Shown piece by piece: positions 22,195-32,039 of a DNA stretch of 64,000 bases. Location: NCBI GenBank assembly GCA_965140585.1, contig OZ223264.1, forward strand, positions 800,001 to 864,000. The letters are read 5' to 3'. How positions within the stretch are numbered: position 1 is the first letter of the stretch; each line of letters opens with the position of its first letter. The translations under genes were made by a program, and so were the position numbers. This DNA comes from Spirochaetia bacterium. Lineage in GTDB: Bacteria; Spirochaetota; Spirochaetia; UBA9216. The notes under the pieces were generated by a model. It made no database searches. It was not told where the DNA came from and saw only the letters and a program-made list of their open reading frames with translations.

Positions 22195-23334
22195 TTATCT
22201 GTTTATATGAATAATTTTAGACGGAGCAAAACCGTTAAACCAGGTTGATGAAGCACTGCTGTAAGCTCCGATATTTTCACTGTAGACGTGCTCTCCAATG
22301 TCAAGGTCAGGCAGTTCTTCAGCCAGTGAGATGGTGTCCAGGGCGTCGCAGGTCGGTCCGAAAACCGAGCAGATACTCTTGGGTCCGGTTTTAAATGCCC
22401 TCAGGCTGTATTTGCAGTGATCGAAAATGATACCCGAAAAGGTATGATATACTCCATCATTGATATAATAGCAGCGTTTTCCATCCCTGTCAGCTTTGCC
22501 TACAACTGATGCTATTGCTGTACAGGCTGTAGCCACCATGTACCTGCCGGGTTCGGCAATTACTTCAATTTCAGGACCGAACAGACGGTCCAGTTCAGAA
22601 TTAAGTCTGCGTGCAAGCTCCCTGAAAGGCTCAACATTCACATCGTATGGGGCTGGAAATCCACCGCCGATGTCAAGGATTTTCATTTTTTCAAAACCCT
22701 TAAGTTTTGCTTCGGCAAAAATACCGGCGGCAAGTTCAAGAGCCTGAATATAGTTGTCAAAGTTTGTGGTTTGACTGCCCACATGAAAGCTGAGTCCTTC
22801 AACAGTCAGGCCGCAGTTATGTGCTTCTTCGATAAGATCTACTGCTTCTCCGGGGTCTGCTCCGAATTTTGAAGAAAGTTCAACCATGGCTCCTGTATTC
22901 GGAACTCTGAGTCTCAAAACCAGTCCGGCATTTGGAGCGTTGTCTCTAATTTTAAAGATCTCTTCTATATTGTCGAAGGTTACCAGAGGCTTGTAGCAGT
23001 CAAGCTCCTTGAGCGTTTTTATATCCTTGATGGGGTTGGCGTAGATAATCTTTTCCCATATGAATTTCTGGCGTTTATCGTCAGGCCAGTCCTCAATATT
23101 GCGGTGAACCAGGAGAAACTCGTTCATCGAAGCTACGTCAAAGCTAGACCCTGCATCAAAAAGTGTTTTAACAATCTCCTGTTCAGAGTTTGCTTTTACC
23201 GCGTAAAAGATCTGAACGCGGGGAAGCATTGAATTAAATTCGCGGTAGTTCCTTCGAATAACTTCGTGATCTACTACAACTACCGGAGTCCCTTCAGACT
23301 CCGCTATCTGCTCCAACGTACTTAATTTCGCCAT
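22195..23334 (-). CDS. Ornithine/lysine decarboxylase, fold type III PLP enzyme
   Basis: FYAVKAN, FDVAS, LSSKFG, SFHVGSQ, LDIGGGFP, AEPGRY, FGPTCDALD, GAY. Confidence 0.92.
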   Translation of the reverse strand: MAKLSTLEQIAESEGTPVVVVDHEVIRRNYREFNSMLPRVQIFYAVKANSEQEIVKTLFDAGSSFDVASMNEFLLVHRNIEDWPDDKRQKFIWEKIIYANPIKDIKTLKELDCYKPLVTFDNIEEIFKIRDNAPNAGLVLRLRVPNTGAMVELSSKFGADPGEAVDLIEEAHNCGLTVEGLSFHVGSQTTNFDNYIQALELAAGIFAEAKLKGFEKMKILDIGGGFPAPYDVNVEPFRELARRLNSELDRLFGPEIEVIAEPGRYMVATACTAIASVVGKADRDGKRCYYINDGVYHTFSGIIFDHCKYSLRAFKTGPKSICSVFGPTCDALDTISLAEELPDLDIGEHVYSENIGAYSSASSTWFNGFAPSKIIHINR

Positions 23335-23358
23335 TCTGCCTTCTCAGTTTGAAAAGTT

Positions 23359-23952
23359 TTATAGTTCGAAAAATTCTTTCAGCTGACCCTTTGCCTGGTC
23401 TACGGCTTCAGAGTATTGTTTCTCGAGTTTTCCCATGTTCTGTGAATAAGCTTTCTGAAATTCGGGATCATCCATGGGGTTTATTTTTATGCGGCTGCCC
23501 GTCTGAGCGAAGATTGCATCTTCCTTCTGTTTGAGCAGGGGCTGAAACTGCTGTGTAAGCTGTGTGACAAACTGCTCTTTGTTCTGAAGGTACTGTGCAA
23601 AAAACTGGATAAGCTGATCAAACATCTGGTTGATAGATGAGGGGTCGTCTGATATTGTTGCAAGGCCTTCGGCGGTTTTCTGAATCTCGGATTCAAAGCC
23701 TTCTGCCATAGGGAGTTTTACCCTTGAAAGAAAAGATTCTGCAAGGCCGCGCATAAGAGCCTGTTTTTCTTCGTTTTTATATTCTTTTAAAAACTTCTTC
23801 AGTTCTTTAGCGTCAGTTTTGCCGTCTATAAATGAAATTGCAGCCTTCCGGCCTTCAATCTTAAGCTCTTTTTCTCGTATTTTACCTGTGTCTGTCTCTA
23901 TACCCTCTGTCCGGGCCAGAGCTATTTCAAGTGCTGATTTTATTTCTGCCAT
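23359..23952 (-). CDS. Conserved hypothetical protein (DUF6657-like)
   Basis: N-terminal MAEIKSALEIALART motif; helical protein. Confidence 0.7.
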   Translation of the reverse strand: MAEIKSALEIALARTEGIETDTGKIREKELKIEGRKAAISFIDGKTDAKELKKFLKEYKNEEKQALMRGLAESFLSRVKLPMAEGFESEIQKTAEGLATISDDPSSINQMFDQLIQFFAQYLQNKEQFVTQLTQQFQPLLKQKEDAIFAQTGSRIKINPMDDPEFQKAYSQNMGKLEKQYSEAVDQAKGQLKEFFEL

Positions 23953-23979
23953 ACTAAGAATATAACGGTGTTTTTCAGG

Positions 23980-24672
23980 CTAATCAAGATTAATATCGGC
24001 GAAACGCTTTTCAATGGCTTTAGCATTTTTTACTGTTCCCCTAAGCCAGGAAAGCAGGACCTCTGATCTTTCATCTTCTGTAAGTTTCCAGTCTATTTCG
24101 GAATCCCGCAGCTTCCAGCTCAGATGATGCAGGATGAGAGCACAGGCAACCGATATGTTGAAACTTTCAACGAAGCCGAACATCGGAATCTTAAGAAACT
24201 CATCCGCCTCATTTATAACATCATCGGTAATTCCTTCCAGTTCAGTTCCAAGTACTACGGCAAACTTTCCCTTTTCAAGATCGAAGTCTTCAAGGTTTAC
24301 ATCATTGGTATGAGGTGTTGTTGCGACTATCCTGTAGCCGTCAGATTTAAGTTTCCGGAGAGTCTGGATTGTTGAGCTTGTACCCTTTTCCGCCCTGTAT
24401 TTGTTGATGCTCAGCCACTGGGCAGTTCCCATGTCAACTGTCTTTGTCGGCGCAAAGGTATTCCGGTTTTCTATGATATGTACATCCTGAACACCGAAGC
24501 CGTCGCAGGAACGGAGTACTGCACTAGCGTTATGAGGCTGAAAGATATCCTCAAGGACAACTGTCATGTATCTGGTTCTAAGGTTAAGTACACGGTTTAT
24601 CTTTTCGAATCTCTGTTCGGTTGTAAATTCCGACAGGTGCTCGGTGAGTTTTTTTTCGTAGGCTGTAAGCAT
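23980..24672 (-). CDS. trmH: tRNA (guanosine-2'-O)-methyltransferase, TrmH/SpoU family
   Basis: HNASAVLRSCDGFG, VLGTELEG, IPMFGFVESFNISVA SPOUT motifs. Confidence 0.88.
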   Translation of the reverse strand: MLTAYEKKLTEHLSEFTTEQRFEKINRVLNLRTRYMTVVLEDIFQPHNASAVLRSCDGFGVQDVHIIENRNTFAPTKTVDMGTAQWLSINKYRAEKGTSSTIQTLRKLKSDGYRIVATTPHTNDVNLEDFDLEKGKFAVVLGTELEGITDDVINEADEFLKIPMFGFVESFNISVACALILHHLSWKLRDSEIDWKLTEDERSEVLLSWLRGTVKNAKAIEKRFADINLD

Positions 24673-25982
24673 CAGCTCTCCTGATTGTTTTTATCCGACA
24701 GCAGTGGAGGCATCCATGAACCGAGTTCCGCAAGGTTTTCAGTAAGATGCTTGATTTCATCCCTGAGTATAAATATACAGTCGTTCTTTTTTGCGGTATC
24801 TCTGACTATATCCTCGGCAAGAGCCCTGCATGTCGGTGCTCCGCATGAACCGCAGTCCAGTCCCGGAAGGGTCTCTGTGATTCTATCGATTTCCGCCATT
24901 TTTTCAAGAGCCTTTCTGAAATCAGTATCAAGAGACAGGATATGCTTTGGCGCTATTTCGGCATTCATCTCAAGCTGCACCTTTGAATTTTGAGCCAGTT
25001 CTCCGTGAGTATCGCGGTCTTTCATATGTGAAGCTTTTCTTATTATTCTGGCCTTTGATATATACGGATTTTCAACAGTGAGGGCTCCGCCTACACAGCC
25101 GCCGGGGCAGGCCATTGCTTCAATAAAATCTACGTGCTTTATTTTACCGTTCTCAAGTTCTTCAAAGAAATTTATAACATTTCCTATTCCGTCTACAGCA
25201 ACCGTTTCCGTCCAGCCTGTTGCGCTGCTTTCACCTTCGCTTCTTGCCCAGCCTATGCCGGCGGAAGATGCTTTTCCAATAGGCGGAGGATTTTTTACCG
25301 TGTCTGCGGCCGCTAAAAGGGGCAGGTAGATCTGGTTGATTGCGATTACACCATCCACCCAGGTCTTGTCTGAACCCAGGGGTGAGCGTACCGCAGTTAT
25401 CTTTGCCGGGCATGGGCTTATGAAGTAGACTCCAATGTCCTCACGATCCGGATAAATATCCTGTTTAATGATTCTGGCCGCAATTTCCATCGGTGATTCA
25501 ATTCTGACTATCTGATCTATTAAACCGGGGTATCGAATCTGAATCAGTCTGACGATTGCCGGACAGGATGATGATATCCAGGGAGTGTTTCCCGGTTTCT
25601 TCTCAAGGGCTTTTTTAAGTTCAGCTGTAACTATATCTGCAGCGGCTGCCGCTTCGAATACATCGTCAAATCCTATTCTTTTCAATGCAGAGAGGACGGT
25701 GTCGATTGAATAGCGGTCCTTGAACTGGCCGTAGAGGGTCGGAGCAGGAATTGCAACGTTGAATGAGTGTTTTTTCAGAATCTCAAGGCTGTCCGAGTGA
25801 GCTTTTTTTGCGTGGTGTGGACATACCCTTATGCATTCACCGCAGTCGATGCACCGGTCGCTAATTATAAAGGCCTTTCCCCTGCGTACTCTTATCGCCT
25901 CGGTCGGACAGTGGCCAATGCAGTTAGTGCAGCCCCTGCATTTATCTTCATCAAGATATACTGAGTGTATGTATTCGGCCAT
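24672..25982 (-). CDS. [FeFe]-hydrogenase-like protein, putative sensory group C/D
   Basis: Two N-terminal CxxCxxCxxxCP motifs. H-cluster motifs ISSSCPA, FISPCPAK, EAMACPGGCVGG. C-terminal LDCGSCGAPTC FeS domain. Confidence 0.85.
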   Translation of the reverse strand: MAEYIHSVYLDEDKCRGCTNCIGHCPTEAIRVRRGKAFIISDRCIDCGECIRVCPHHAKKAHSDSLEILKKHSFNVAIPAPTLYGQFKDRYSIDTVLSALKRIGFDDVFEAAAAADIVTAELKKALEKKPGNTPWISSSCPAIVRLIQIRYPGLIDQIVRIESPMEIAARIIKQDIYPDREDIGVYFISPCPAKITAVRSPLGSDKTWVDGVIAINQIYLPLLAAADTVKNPPPIGKASSAGIGWARSEGESSATGWTETVAVDGIGNVINFFEELENGKIKHVDFIEAMACPGGCVGGALTVENPYISKARIIRKASHMKDRDTHGELAQNSKVQLEMNAEIAPKHILSLDTDFRKALEKMAEIDRITETLPGLDCGSCGAPTCRALAEDIVRDTAKKNDCIFILRDEIKHLTENLAELGSWMPPLLSDKNNQES

Positions 25983-25984
25983 AT

Positions 25985-26419
25985 TTACCTCGGTAGATCT
26001 ATTCCTATGGTGACCCGGGTGCCCTTTCCGGGTTCGGATTCAATAAGGAGATCGCTCGAATTCTTTTTTATATTAGGCAGACCAAGACCGGCACCGAAGC
26101 CCATCTCACGAATTTCTTCGGATGCGGTTGAATAACCTTCCTGCATTGCAAGCTCTATATCGGGTATTCCGGGTCCCTGATCTTCAAAGATTATCTTAAT
26201 ACTGTCTTCTGTGATAGTTACCTCTGCTGTTCCGCCGTGTCCGTGGACTATGGTATTTATCTCTGCCTCATACATGGCAATAGCTGTTCGTTTGATGATA
26301 TCAGCTGCAAGACCGATCTGTTTAAGTGTTTTTTTTAGACTGCTCGATGCCTCGCCGTATGTAAGAGGATTGTCTGAAGAGATCTCGTACTGTTTGGAAA
26401 ATAGAATCATTGAGCTCAA
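25985..26419 (-). CDS. Anti-sigma regulatory Ser/Thr kinase (RsbT/RsbW-like)
   Basis: YEAEIN, EDQGPGIPDIELAMQEGYSTA, GFGAGLGLPN HATPase motifs. Confidence 0.9.
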   Translation of the reverse strand: MSSMILFSKQYEISSDNPLTYGEASSSLKKTLKQIGLAADIIKRTAIAMYEAEINTIVHGHGGTAEVTITEDSIKIIFEDQGPGIPDIELAMQEGYSTASEEIREMGFGAGLGLPNIKKNSSDLLIESEPGKGTRVTIGIDLPR

Positions 26420-26467
26420 TATACCACAGTGCGGCAGAAATTGGAATTAAAAAGATATAAATTTACT

Positions 26468-26860
26468 TTATACAAGCTTTGAAATAACATTTATCAGAGC
26501 TTCTTCATTCAGAGGTTTAACTACAACATCGTCCATACCTGCTTCAAGGAACTTCTTCCTGTCCGAGGGGAAAGCATGGGCAGTCAGAGCAATTACAGGC
26601 AGATGTGTACCCTCATCTTCGCTAGCCCTTATCTGTGTAACTGCATCAAGACCGTTAAGTTTAGGCATGCTTATGTCCATAAGCACAATATCATAGGTAT
26701 CGCTCTTTATCTTTTCCAGGGCTTCAATGCCGTCTGAAGCTTCATGGACTTCCCAGCCTATCCTGTCCAGAATTGTAGTAATATACATTCTGTTTATGGC
26801 TTCATCTTCGGTTACGAGTATTTTTAATTTTCTGTTTCTGATGTCACTCATTTCACCCAT
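26468..26860 (-). CDS. Single-domain response regulator receiver
   Basis: VTEDE, LMDISMP, ALTAHA, VKP. Confidence 0.9.
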   Translation of the reverse strand: MGEMSDIRNRKLKILVTEDEAINRMYITTILDRIGWEVHEASDGIEALEKIKSDTYDIVLMDISMPKLNGLDAVTQIRASEDEGTHLPVIALTAHAFPSDRKKFLEAGMDDVVVKPLNEEALINVISKLV

Positions 26861-26905
26861 CCTGGAATTTTAATTATATATTGTAATCTGCCTGTTGTCA
26901 GGTTT

Positions 26906-28135
26906 TTATTTATCATCCGGCCCCTCCGGATTATTGTCATTTTTAGATGCCGGAAGTTTTATTGTAAAGGTTGTCCATTCTCCGGATTCTACAGTGAGTT
27001 CACCTTTATGAATTTCAACTATAATGTTATGTGCATGGCTTAAGCCCAGGCCTGTCCCCTTTCCAGGCGGTTTTGTGGTGTAAAAAGGGTCAAAAATACG
27101 GTTCAGTCTGTTCTGAGGAATCGGTTCGCCGTTATTTGAGATTGAACAGTTTACAGCCCCGTCTTCACTCCATGTTTTTATCTTTATTATTCCTTTTACT
27201 CCTGGGCTCATAGCCTGGGAGGCATTAATGATAATGTTCAGAAGAACCTGGTTTATTTCACTGCTTACACACCTTATTCTTGGAACTTTACCGAAGTCGG
27301 TTTCCAGATCGGCAGAATATTTATAGGCATTGCCTGCAACTATCAGAGTAGATCTGATTCCGTTATTGATATCATAGTCTGCTGTTTCTGCTGCATCGGA
27401 GCGGGAAAAAGACTTCATTTCCTTGACTATGGAAATGATCCTTGAAAATCCTTCCTGTGACTCCGAGAGAATACTGCTTAAATCGCCGAGGATGAATTCG
27501 ATGTCCATATCTTCTCTGATTTCGGAAAGCCTTTCTGACGGCCCGGAATTCTCTTTGCAGATCTCTTCGATTTTTTCTATATAGCCGAGTATTACGGGTG
27601 TATATTTCTGCAGGCTTATAAAATTACTCTGTACAAAACTAAGCGGATTATTAATTTCATGCGCTATCCCGGCTGCAAGCTGCCCGAGGGATGCCATTTT
27701 TTCATTCTGAATAAGTGCGGCTTGAGTTTCTTTGAGTTTTTTGTTTAATTCTACAAGTTCAAGATTATTTTTAATGGACTGCTGATCACTTTTTATTTTT
27801 TCAGTTACATCATGCATTAATCCCTTAATTCTGCATGATTTTTCTTCGGGGTTCTGATTTTGTATAGCAGTAATTGACATTACACGCATTCCGTCTGCTG
27901 ATTTAATAGCCACCTCGCATTCTGTCAGCCGGCCGTCCTGTTGGATTATATTCTGTGTAGTTACATAGTCTATGTGGTGTCCGAAGATATCCGGCAGCCT
28001 GAGTTCGGTTTCCGCTTCATTTACACCGAAAAAGTCTCTTCCGGCAGGATTAAGGAAGTTGACTATTCCTTTATCTGTGATGGTGAAGTAGATAAAATGG
28101 CTCAGTTCAAGCAGTTCCCTGAACGTTTCATACAT
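26906..28135 (-). CDS. Cytoplasmic PAS-domain histidine kinase (NtrB-like)
   Basis: N-terminal PAS, EKMASLGQLAAGIAHEINNPL, IFDPFYTTKPPGKGTGLGL. Confidence 0.92.
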   Translation of the reverse strand: MYETFRELLELSHFIYFTITDKGIVNFLNPAGRDFFGVNEAETELRLPDIFGHHIDYVTTQNIIQQDGRLTECEVAIKSADGMRVMSITAIQNQNPEEKSCRIKGLMHDVTEKIKSDQQSIKNNLELVELNKKLKETQAALIQNEKMASLGQLAAGIAHEINNPLSFVQSNFISLQKYTPVILGYIEKIEEICKENSGPSERLSEIREDMDIEFILGDLSSILSESQEGFSRIISIVKEMKSFSRSDAAETADYDINNGIRSTLIVAGNAYKYSADLETDFGKVPRIRCVSSEINQVLLNIIINASQAMSPGVKGIIKIKTWSEDGAVNCSISNNGEPIPQNRLNRIFDPFYTTKPPGKGTGLGLSHAHNIIVEIHKGELTVESGEWTTFTIKLPASKNDNNPEGPDDK

Positions 28136-28141
28136 CAGCGG

Positions 28142-28540
28142 CTAGTCCCCCCTGATTATGTTCAGATCATCGACAAACTGAAAAAAGGAGGTGAATCCGA
28201 GCAGATCAATCAGTGATTTGATTTTTTCTCCGGCTCTCGCAATTTTAAATTCGATATTGAATTTATGAGTCTGGATGAGCAGATTTGTCAATGAGCCGAT
28301 TCCCGTGGAGGAGACATAGTTTATTTCTTTCATATCTATTATTAGTACGTCGATTGAGCTGTTTTCGGATATGATGGTCGATACATGTTCTGTAAAAATA
28401 TTGGAGTTATAGTTGTCAAGCTTTCCTGAAATCTCGATAAGAACACCCCAGGGGGCTGTCTCTCCAAGTATCCTGCCGTCTGCGATAATTCCTTTATCTG
28501 CAGAGTTAATCTGTTCCAGGGCCTTCAGTCTTTCATCCAT
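28142..28540 (-). CDS. STAS-domain anti-sigma-factor antagonist
   Basis: GKLD...IDMKEINYVSSTGIG with the phosphorylatable Ser, LLGF. Confidence 0.88.
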   Translation of the reverse strand: MDERLKALEQINSADKGIIADGRILGETAPWGVLIEISGKLDNYNSNIFTEHVSTIISENSSIDVLIIDMKEINYVSSTGIGSLTNLLIQTHKFNIEFKIARAGEKIKSLIDLLGFTSFFQFVDDLNIIRGD

Positions 28541-28627
28541 TTAAAAATCCTATACTATATTCTAAGAAATCAGACAGAAGCAATTCAAGGGCATTGATGA
28601 AATTAAGAAAAATCGTTACAAAAGTCT

Positions 28628-28885
28628 ATGCCTAAACACATATCATATAAAACATCAGGAACCTGCTCTAAAGAAATAAATATTAAAATTAAAAATGAGA
28701 TAATAGAATCAGTTGAGTTTCGCGGAGGCTGTCCGGGAAACCTTATCGGAATAAAGCGGCTTGTAGAGGGTCGAAGTGTTGATGAGGTGATCAGCTGTGT
28801 TGAAGGAGTAAAATGCGGAAGCCGCAGTACATCCTGCCCCGACCAGCTTGCCAATGCCCTTAAAAGCTACCGGGAAGCCGGCTGA
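28628..28885 (+). CDS. TSCPD domain protein (TIGR03905-like, 4 Cys)
   Basis: GTCSKEI, FRGGCPGNL, CGSRSTSCPDQLA. Confidence 0.88.
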   Translation: MPKHISYKTSGTCSKEINIKIKNEIIESVEFRGGCPGNLIGIKRLVEGRSVDEVISCVEGVKCGSRSTSCPDQLANALKSYREAG

Positions 28886-28892
28886 GGACTTT

Positions 28893-29771
28893 TTATAATC
28901 CACGCATCCACGATGGTCTGATCCTTTCATTTCCGTTTAGAGCACTGTTGATCTGCGCAAGCAGTTTTTCCCTGTGCGCCGGAAGTATTCCCCGAAGCGG
29001 CAGAGCATTCGACGAATGATTTGACATAAATACAATATTGCTTTCCGGATTAAGCTTTTCAATGAGCATTCTGATTTCTTTCATTACCGCTATATCGTTC
29101 TGCAGAGTAAAGCTGTGCCCGTAGGACTCTTCAAGCTTTTTCACAGTGTTCCTGTCTACCATCAGAGTGAGAGTGGACAGGTAATCTGTGGGGGTCCGGT
29201 TTATCAGTTCAGCACTGCCGCTTATATGCTCTTCCCAGTGTTCGGCACCACCGAGTCCTGTTATCAGAGTCGCGGAAACTTTGAGCCCGGCCTGTCTGGA
29301 ACGGCTTATGCCTTCATTTATCAGTTCTGCATCCGCACCTTTTCTGATTTTCTTAAGGATTAAATCGGAACCCGATTCAATTCCAAGATACAGCAGTTTT
29401 ATTCCGCCCTCCCTGATTTGTTTAAGTTCATTATCTGATTTTCTGTGGATGTTGCCCGGGTTTGCGTACAGGGATATGCGTTCAAGCTGCGGAAGTTTAT
29501 TATGCAGGTGTTCCGATATCTTAAGAAGAGTATCGGTTTCAAGGGCCATTGCGTCCCCGTCTGCCAGAAAAACCCTTCTGATGCCCGGGTAACTGGAGGC
29601 TGCATAGCTGATTTCACCCAGCACTTCCTCAAGAGGTCTGGCTTTAAAGGTTTTTGACTTGTACATGCCGCAGAAAACGCAGCGGTTATGGCTGCAGCCC
29701 AGAGTTGCCTGTATTATGAGGCTTTCGGCCTCTGAAGGCGGCCTGTAAAGAGGTTCATCATAGATAATCAT
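28893..29771 (-). CDS. Radical SAM protein
   Basis: YRPPSEA..LIIQATLGCSHNRCVFC (CxxxCxxC), FLADGD, GIESG. Confidence 0.9.
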   Translation of the reverse strand: MIIYDEPLYRPPSEAESLIIQATLGCSHNRCVFCGMYKSKTFKARPLEEVLGEISYAASSYPGIRRVFLADGDAMALETDTLLKISEHLHNKLPQLERISLYANPGNIHRKSDNELKQIREGGIKLLYLGIESGSDLILKKIRKGADAELINEGISRSRQAGLKVSATLITGLGGAEHWEEHISGSAELINRTPTDYLSTLTLMVDRNTVKKLEESYGHSFTLQNDIAVMKEIRMLIEKLNPESNIVFMSNHSSNALPLRGILPAHREKLLAQINSALNGNERIRPSWMRGL

Positions 29772-31831
29772 TTCCTGTTCCTCTTCGGCCTTTCTTTTAT
29801 CATGTCGGCAAGGGTGAATGTATCTCCGCTGTCTGCAGAATATTGTTTCATAAGATTGCGGGCTACCGCTTTTTCTCTCTTTGACGGTTTACTCATTCCG
29901 CTGTGGTTTTCAGGTTCTTCCTCGTAACCGCAGGAAAGGGAGCGGCAGACCTTGATTTCACGGCCTTTTTTATCGTGTGAACTCATCATAGGTCTTCCGC
30001 AGAGAGGGCAGGGAGGACCGCCTGCGGCTGCCGGTTTTAATGTTTTTCCGGAGCTTTTAACCTCACTGACCATCTTTTTTGTCTGCTCTCTAATTTCTGT
30101 CGAGAAGGCGCCGGCTTTCTCTCTGCCTTCTGCTATGTTTTCAAGCCGCTGTTCCCACCTTGCTGTCAATTCCGGGGATTTTAATTCATCGGGTGCCAGC
30201 AGAAGGACCTCTTCTCCGGCCGGAGTAACACTCAGTATCTTGTTTTTACGGTCCAGATAATGGTTTGATATAAGCTTTTCTATTATATCAGCTCTGGTTG
30301 CAGGGGTCCCAAGTCCGGCCTTTTTGATATTTTCTTTTAATTCGCTGTTCCGCAGGAATTTTGACGGATCCTCCATAAGTCCCAGAAGCACGGCCTCTGT
30401 ACAGGGAGCCGGCGGTTTTGTAAGGTGTGTGGATATGTTAATTTCTTTGATGCTGAGTTTATTTCCCTTTTGAAGGTCATTCAGACTGCCATGTCCCTCG
30501 GCCTCCTCTGTTTCCGACACTGTGGAAACAAATTCCACTGCCTTCCAGCCCTGGTCTATCATGATATTGGAAGAAGCTCTGAAGCTTTCTCCTCCGGCTG
30601 TAATTTCCACGCTAATACGTTTGTAGCGGCAGGGTGGTGAAAGCACTGCTATAAACCGCTTCACTACAATATCCCATAGCGCTTTTTCCTCTGCGGAAAG
30701 TTTCTCGGGAATTACGGTTTCTTCAGTCGGAATAATCGCATGATGATCGCTGACTCCGGCATTGTTGAACAGCCTTTTCCCTGCTTTTATCTCATTTTTC
30801 CCTATCTGATGGGCCTGCTTTTGCCATCCGGTATTTTTAAGCGCGGAGAGCCTATCGCTTATTGTTTCCCGAATATCCTCCGGAAGATAGCGTGAATCGG
30901 TTCTGGGATAGGTTACTATTTTATGTCTTTCATACAGACCCTGAAGAACCTGAAGGGTTTTTTTTGCTGAGAATCCGAGTACTCTGTTTGCTTCCTGCTG
31001 AAGCGAGTTTAAGTCATAGGCAAGAGGCGGCGGTTCTGATTTATCGGATGATTTTACCGAGTTTATTTCCGCCTCTGAATTCAGCAGTTTCAATTTGAGG
31101 GCTTCAGCCTCTTCTCCGGTTTTAATAAGAGTATTGCCTTTCCCGTCTCTCCATCTGGCGGAAAAACTTCCGAACCCTGCTTCAAGGTTCCAGTATTTTG
31201 ACGGTATAAAGTTTTTAATCTGTTCCTCACGGTTTTTTACCATAGCAAGTGTCGGTGTCTGAACCCTTCCTGCTGAGAGTCTGGTATCGTAATGGCAGCT
31301 TAAGGCTCTTGTTATATTCAGGCCGATAATCCAGTCGGCTTCTGCCCGGCATTCCGCGGCCCTGAGCAGGTTGTCGAAGTCGTGACCTGGCATGAGTGAT
31401 CTGAACCCGTCTCTAATTGCCTTGTCGGTCAGTGAATTTATCCAAAGTCTTGAAAATTTACCCTTATAGCCGGAGAGTCTGAGAATAAGTCTTGCTACCT
31501 GTTCGCCCTCTCTTCCCGCATCTGTGGCAATTACTACATCCGCAACATCGTTTCGGTGAAGAAGCTTTTTAACAGTAGAAAACTGGGAGGAGGTCCGCTT
31601 TATAACGTGATGTTTCATCCTTTCGGGAAGCATGGGCAGATCCCCGAGGTTCCAGCTGTTGTATCTGCTGTCATAAGTTCCTGGATCGGCAAGCTCTACC
31701 AGGTGACCCATTGCCCATGTCACAATGTATTTGTCTCCTTCAATAAAGCTTCGTGTCTGTTTTCGGCAGCCGAGTACCCGTGCTATATCTCTGCCCGCGC
31801 TGGGCTTTTCTGCAAGAACCAGTGTTTTCAT
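29768..31831 (-). CDS. topB: DNA topoisomerase III
   Basis: LAEKPS, ATDAGREGE, GRVQTPTL, catalytic TYPRTD, DHHAIIPT, GLGTPATRA, C-terminal zinc ribbon. Confidence 0.93.
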   Translation of the reverse strand: MKTLVLAEKPSAGRDIARVLGCRKQTRSFIEGDKYIVTWAMGHLVELADPGTYDSRYNSWNLGDLPMLPERMKHHVIKRTSSQFSTVKKLLHRNDVADVVIATDAGREGEQVARLILRLSGYKGKFSRLWINSLTDKAIRDGFRSLMPGHDFDNLLRAAECRAEADWIIGLNITRALSCHYDTRLSAGRVQTPTLAMVKNREEQIKNFIPSKYWNLEAGFGSFSARWRDGKGNTLIKTGEEAEALKLKLLNSEAEINSVKSSDKSEPPPLAYDLNSLQQEANRVLGFSAKKTLQVLQGLYERHKIVTYPRTDSRYLPEDIRETISDRLSALKNTGWQKQAHQIGKNEIKAGKRLFNNAGVSDHHAIIPTEETVIPEKLSAEEKALWDIVVKRFIAVLSPPCRYKRISVEITAGGESFRASSNIMIDQGWKAVEFVSTVSETEEAEGHGSLNDLQKGNKLSIKEINISTHLTKPPAPCTEAVLLGLMEDPSKFLRNSELKENIKKAGLGTPATRADIIEKLISNHYLDRKNKILSVTPAGEEVLLLAPDELKSPELTARWEQRLENIAEGREKAGAFSTEIREQTKKMVSEVKSSGKTLKPAAAGGPPCPLCGRPMMSSHDKKGREIKVCRSLSCGYEEEPENHSGMSKPSKREKAVARNLMKQYSADSGDTFTLADMIKERPKRNRK

Positions 31832-32039
31832 GGGCGGATTTTACTACAATATGAGGATTGTTGAAAAGACCGGATGGTTTAGGATACTGAAACCGGAATT
31901 TTACATCGATAGTTTGAATCTGTATGTAAAATTTACTAGAATATATATATGTAATCGTTTCAATTATATTTTTATGGTTTTTATTAGCAGTTATCTGTAA
32001 TAAACTATTTATTCAAATTGGTTGATTATCGGGGGATAA

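Noticed and set aside
22195-23334. Eukaryote-like ornithine decarboxylase as an inter-domain transfer
   Set aside because: Fold type III ornithine/lysine decarboxylases are widespread in bacteria, and composition matches the neighbouring genes.
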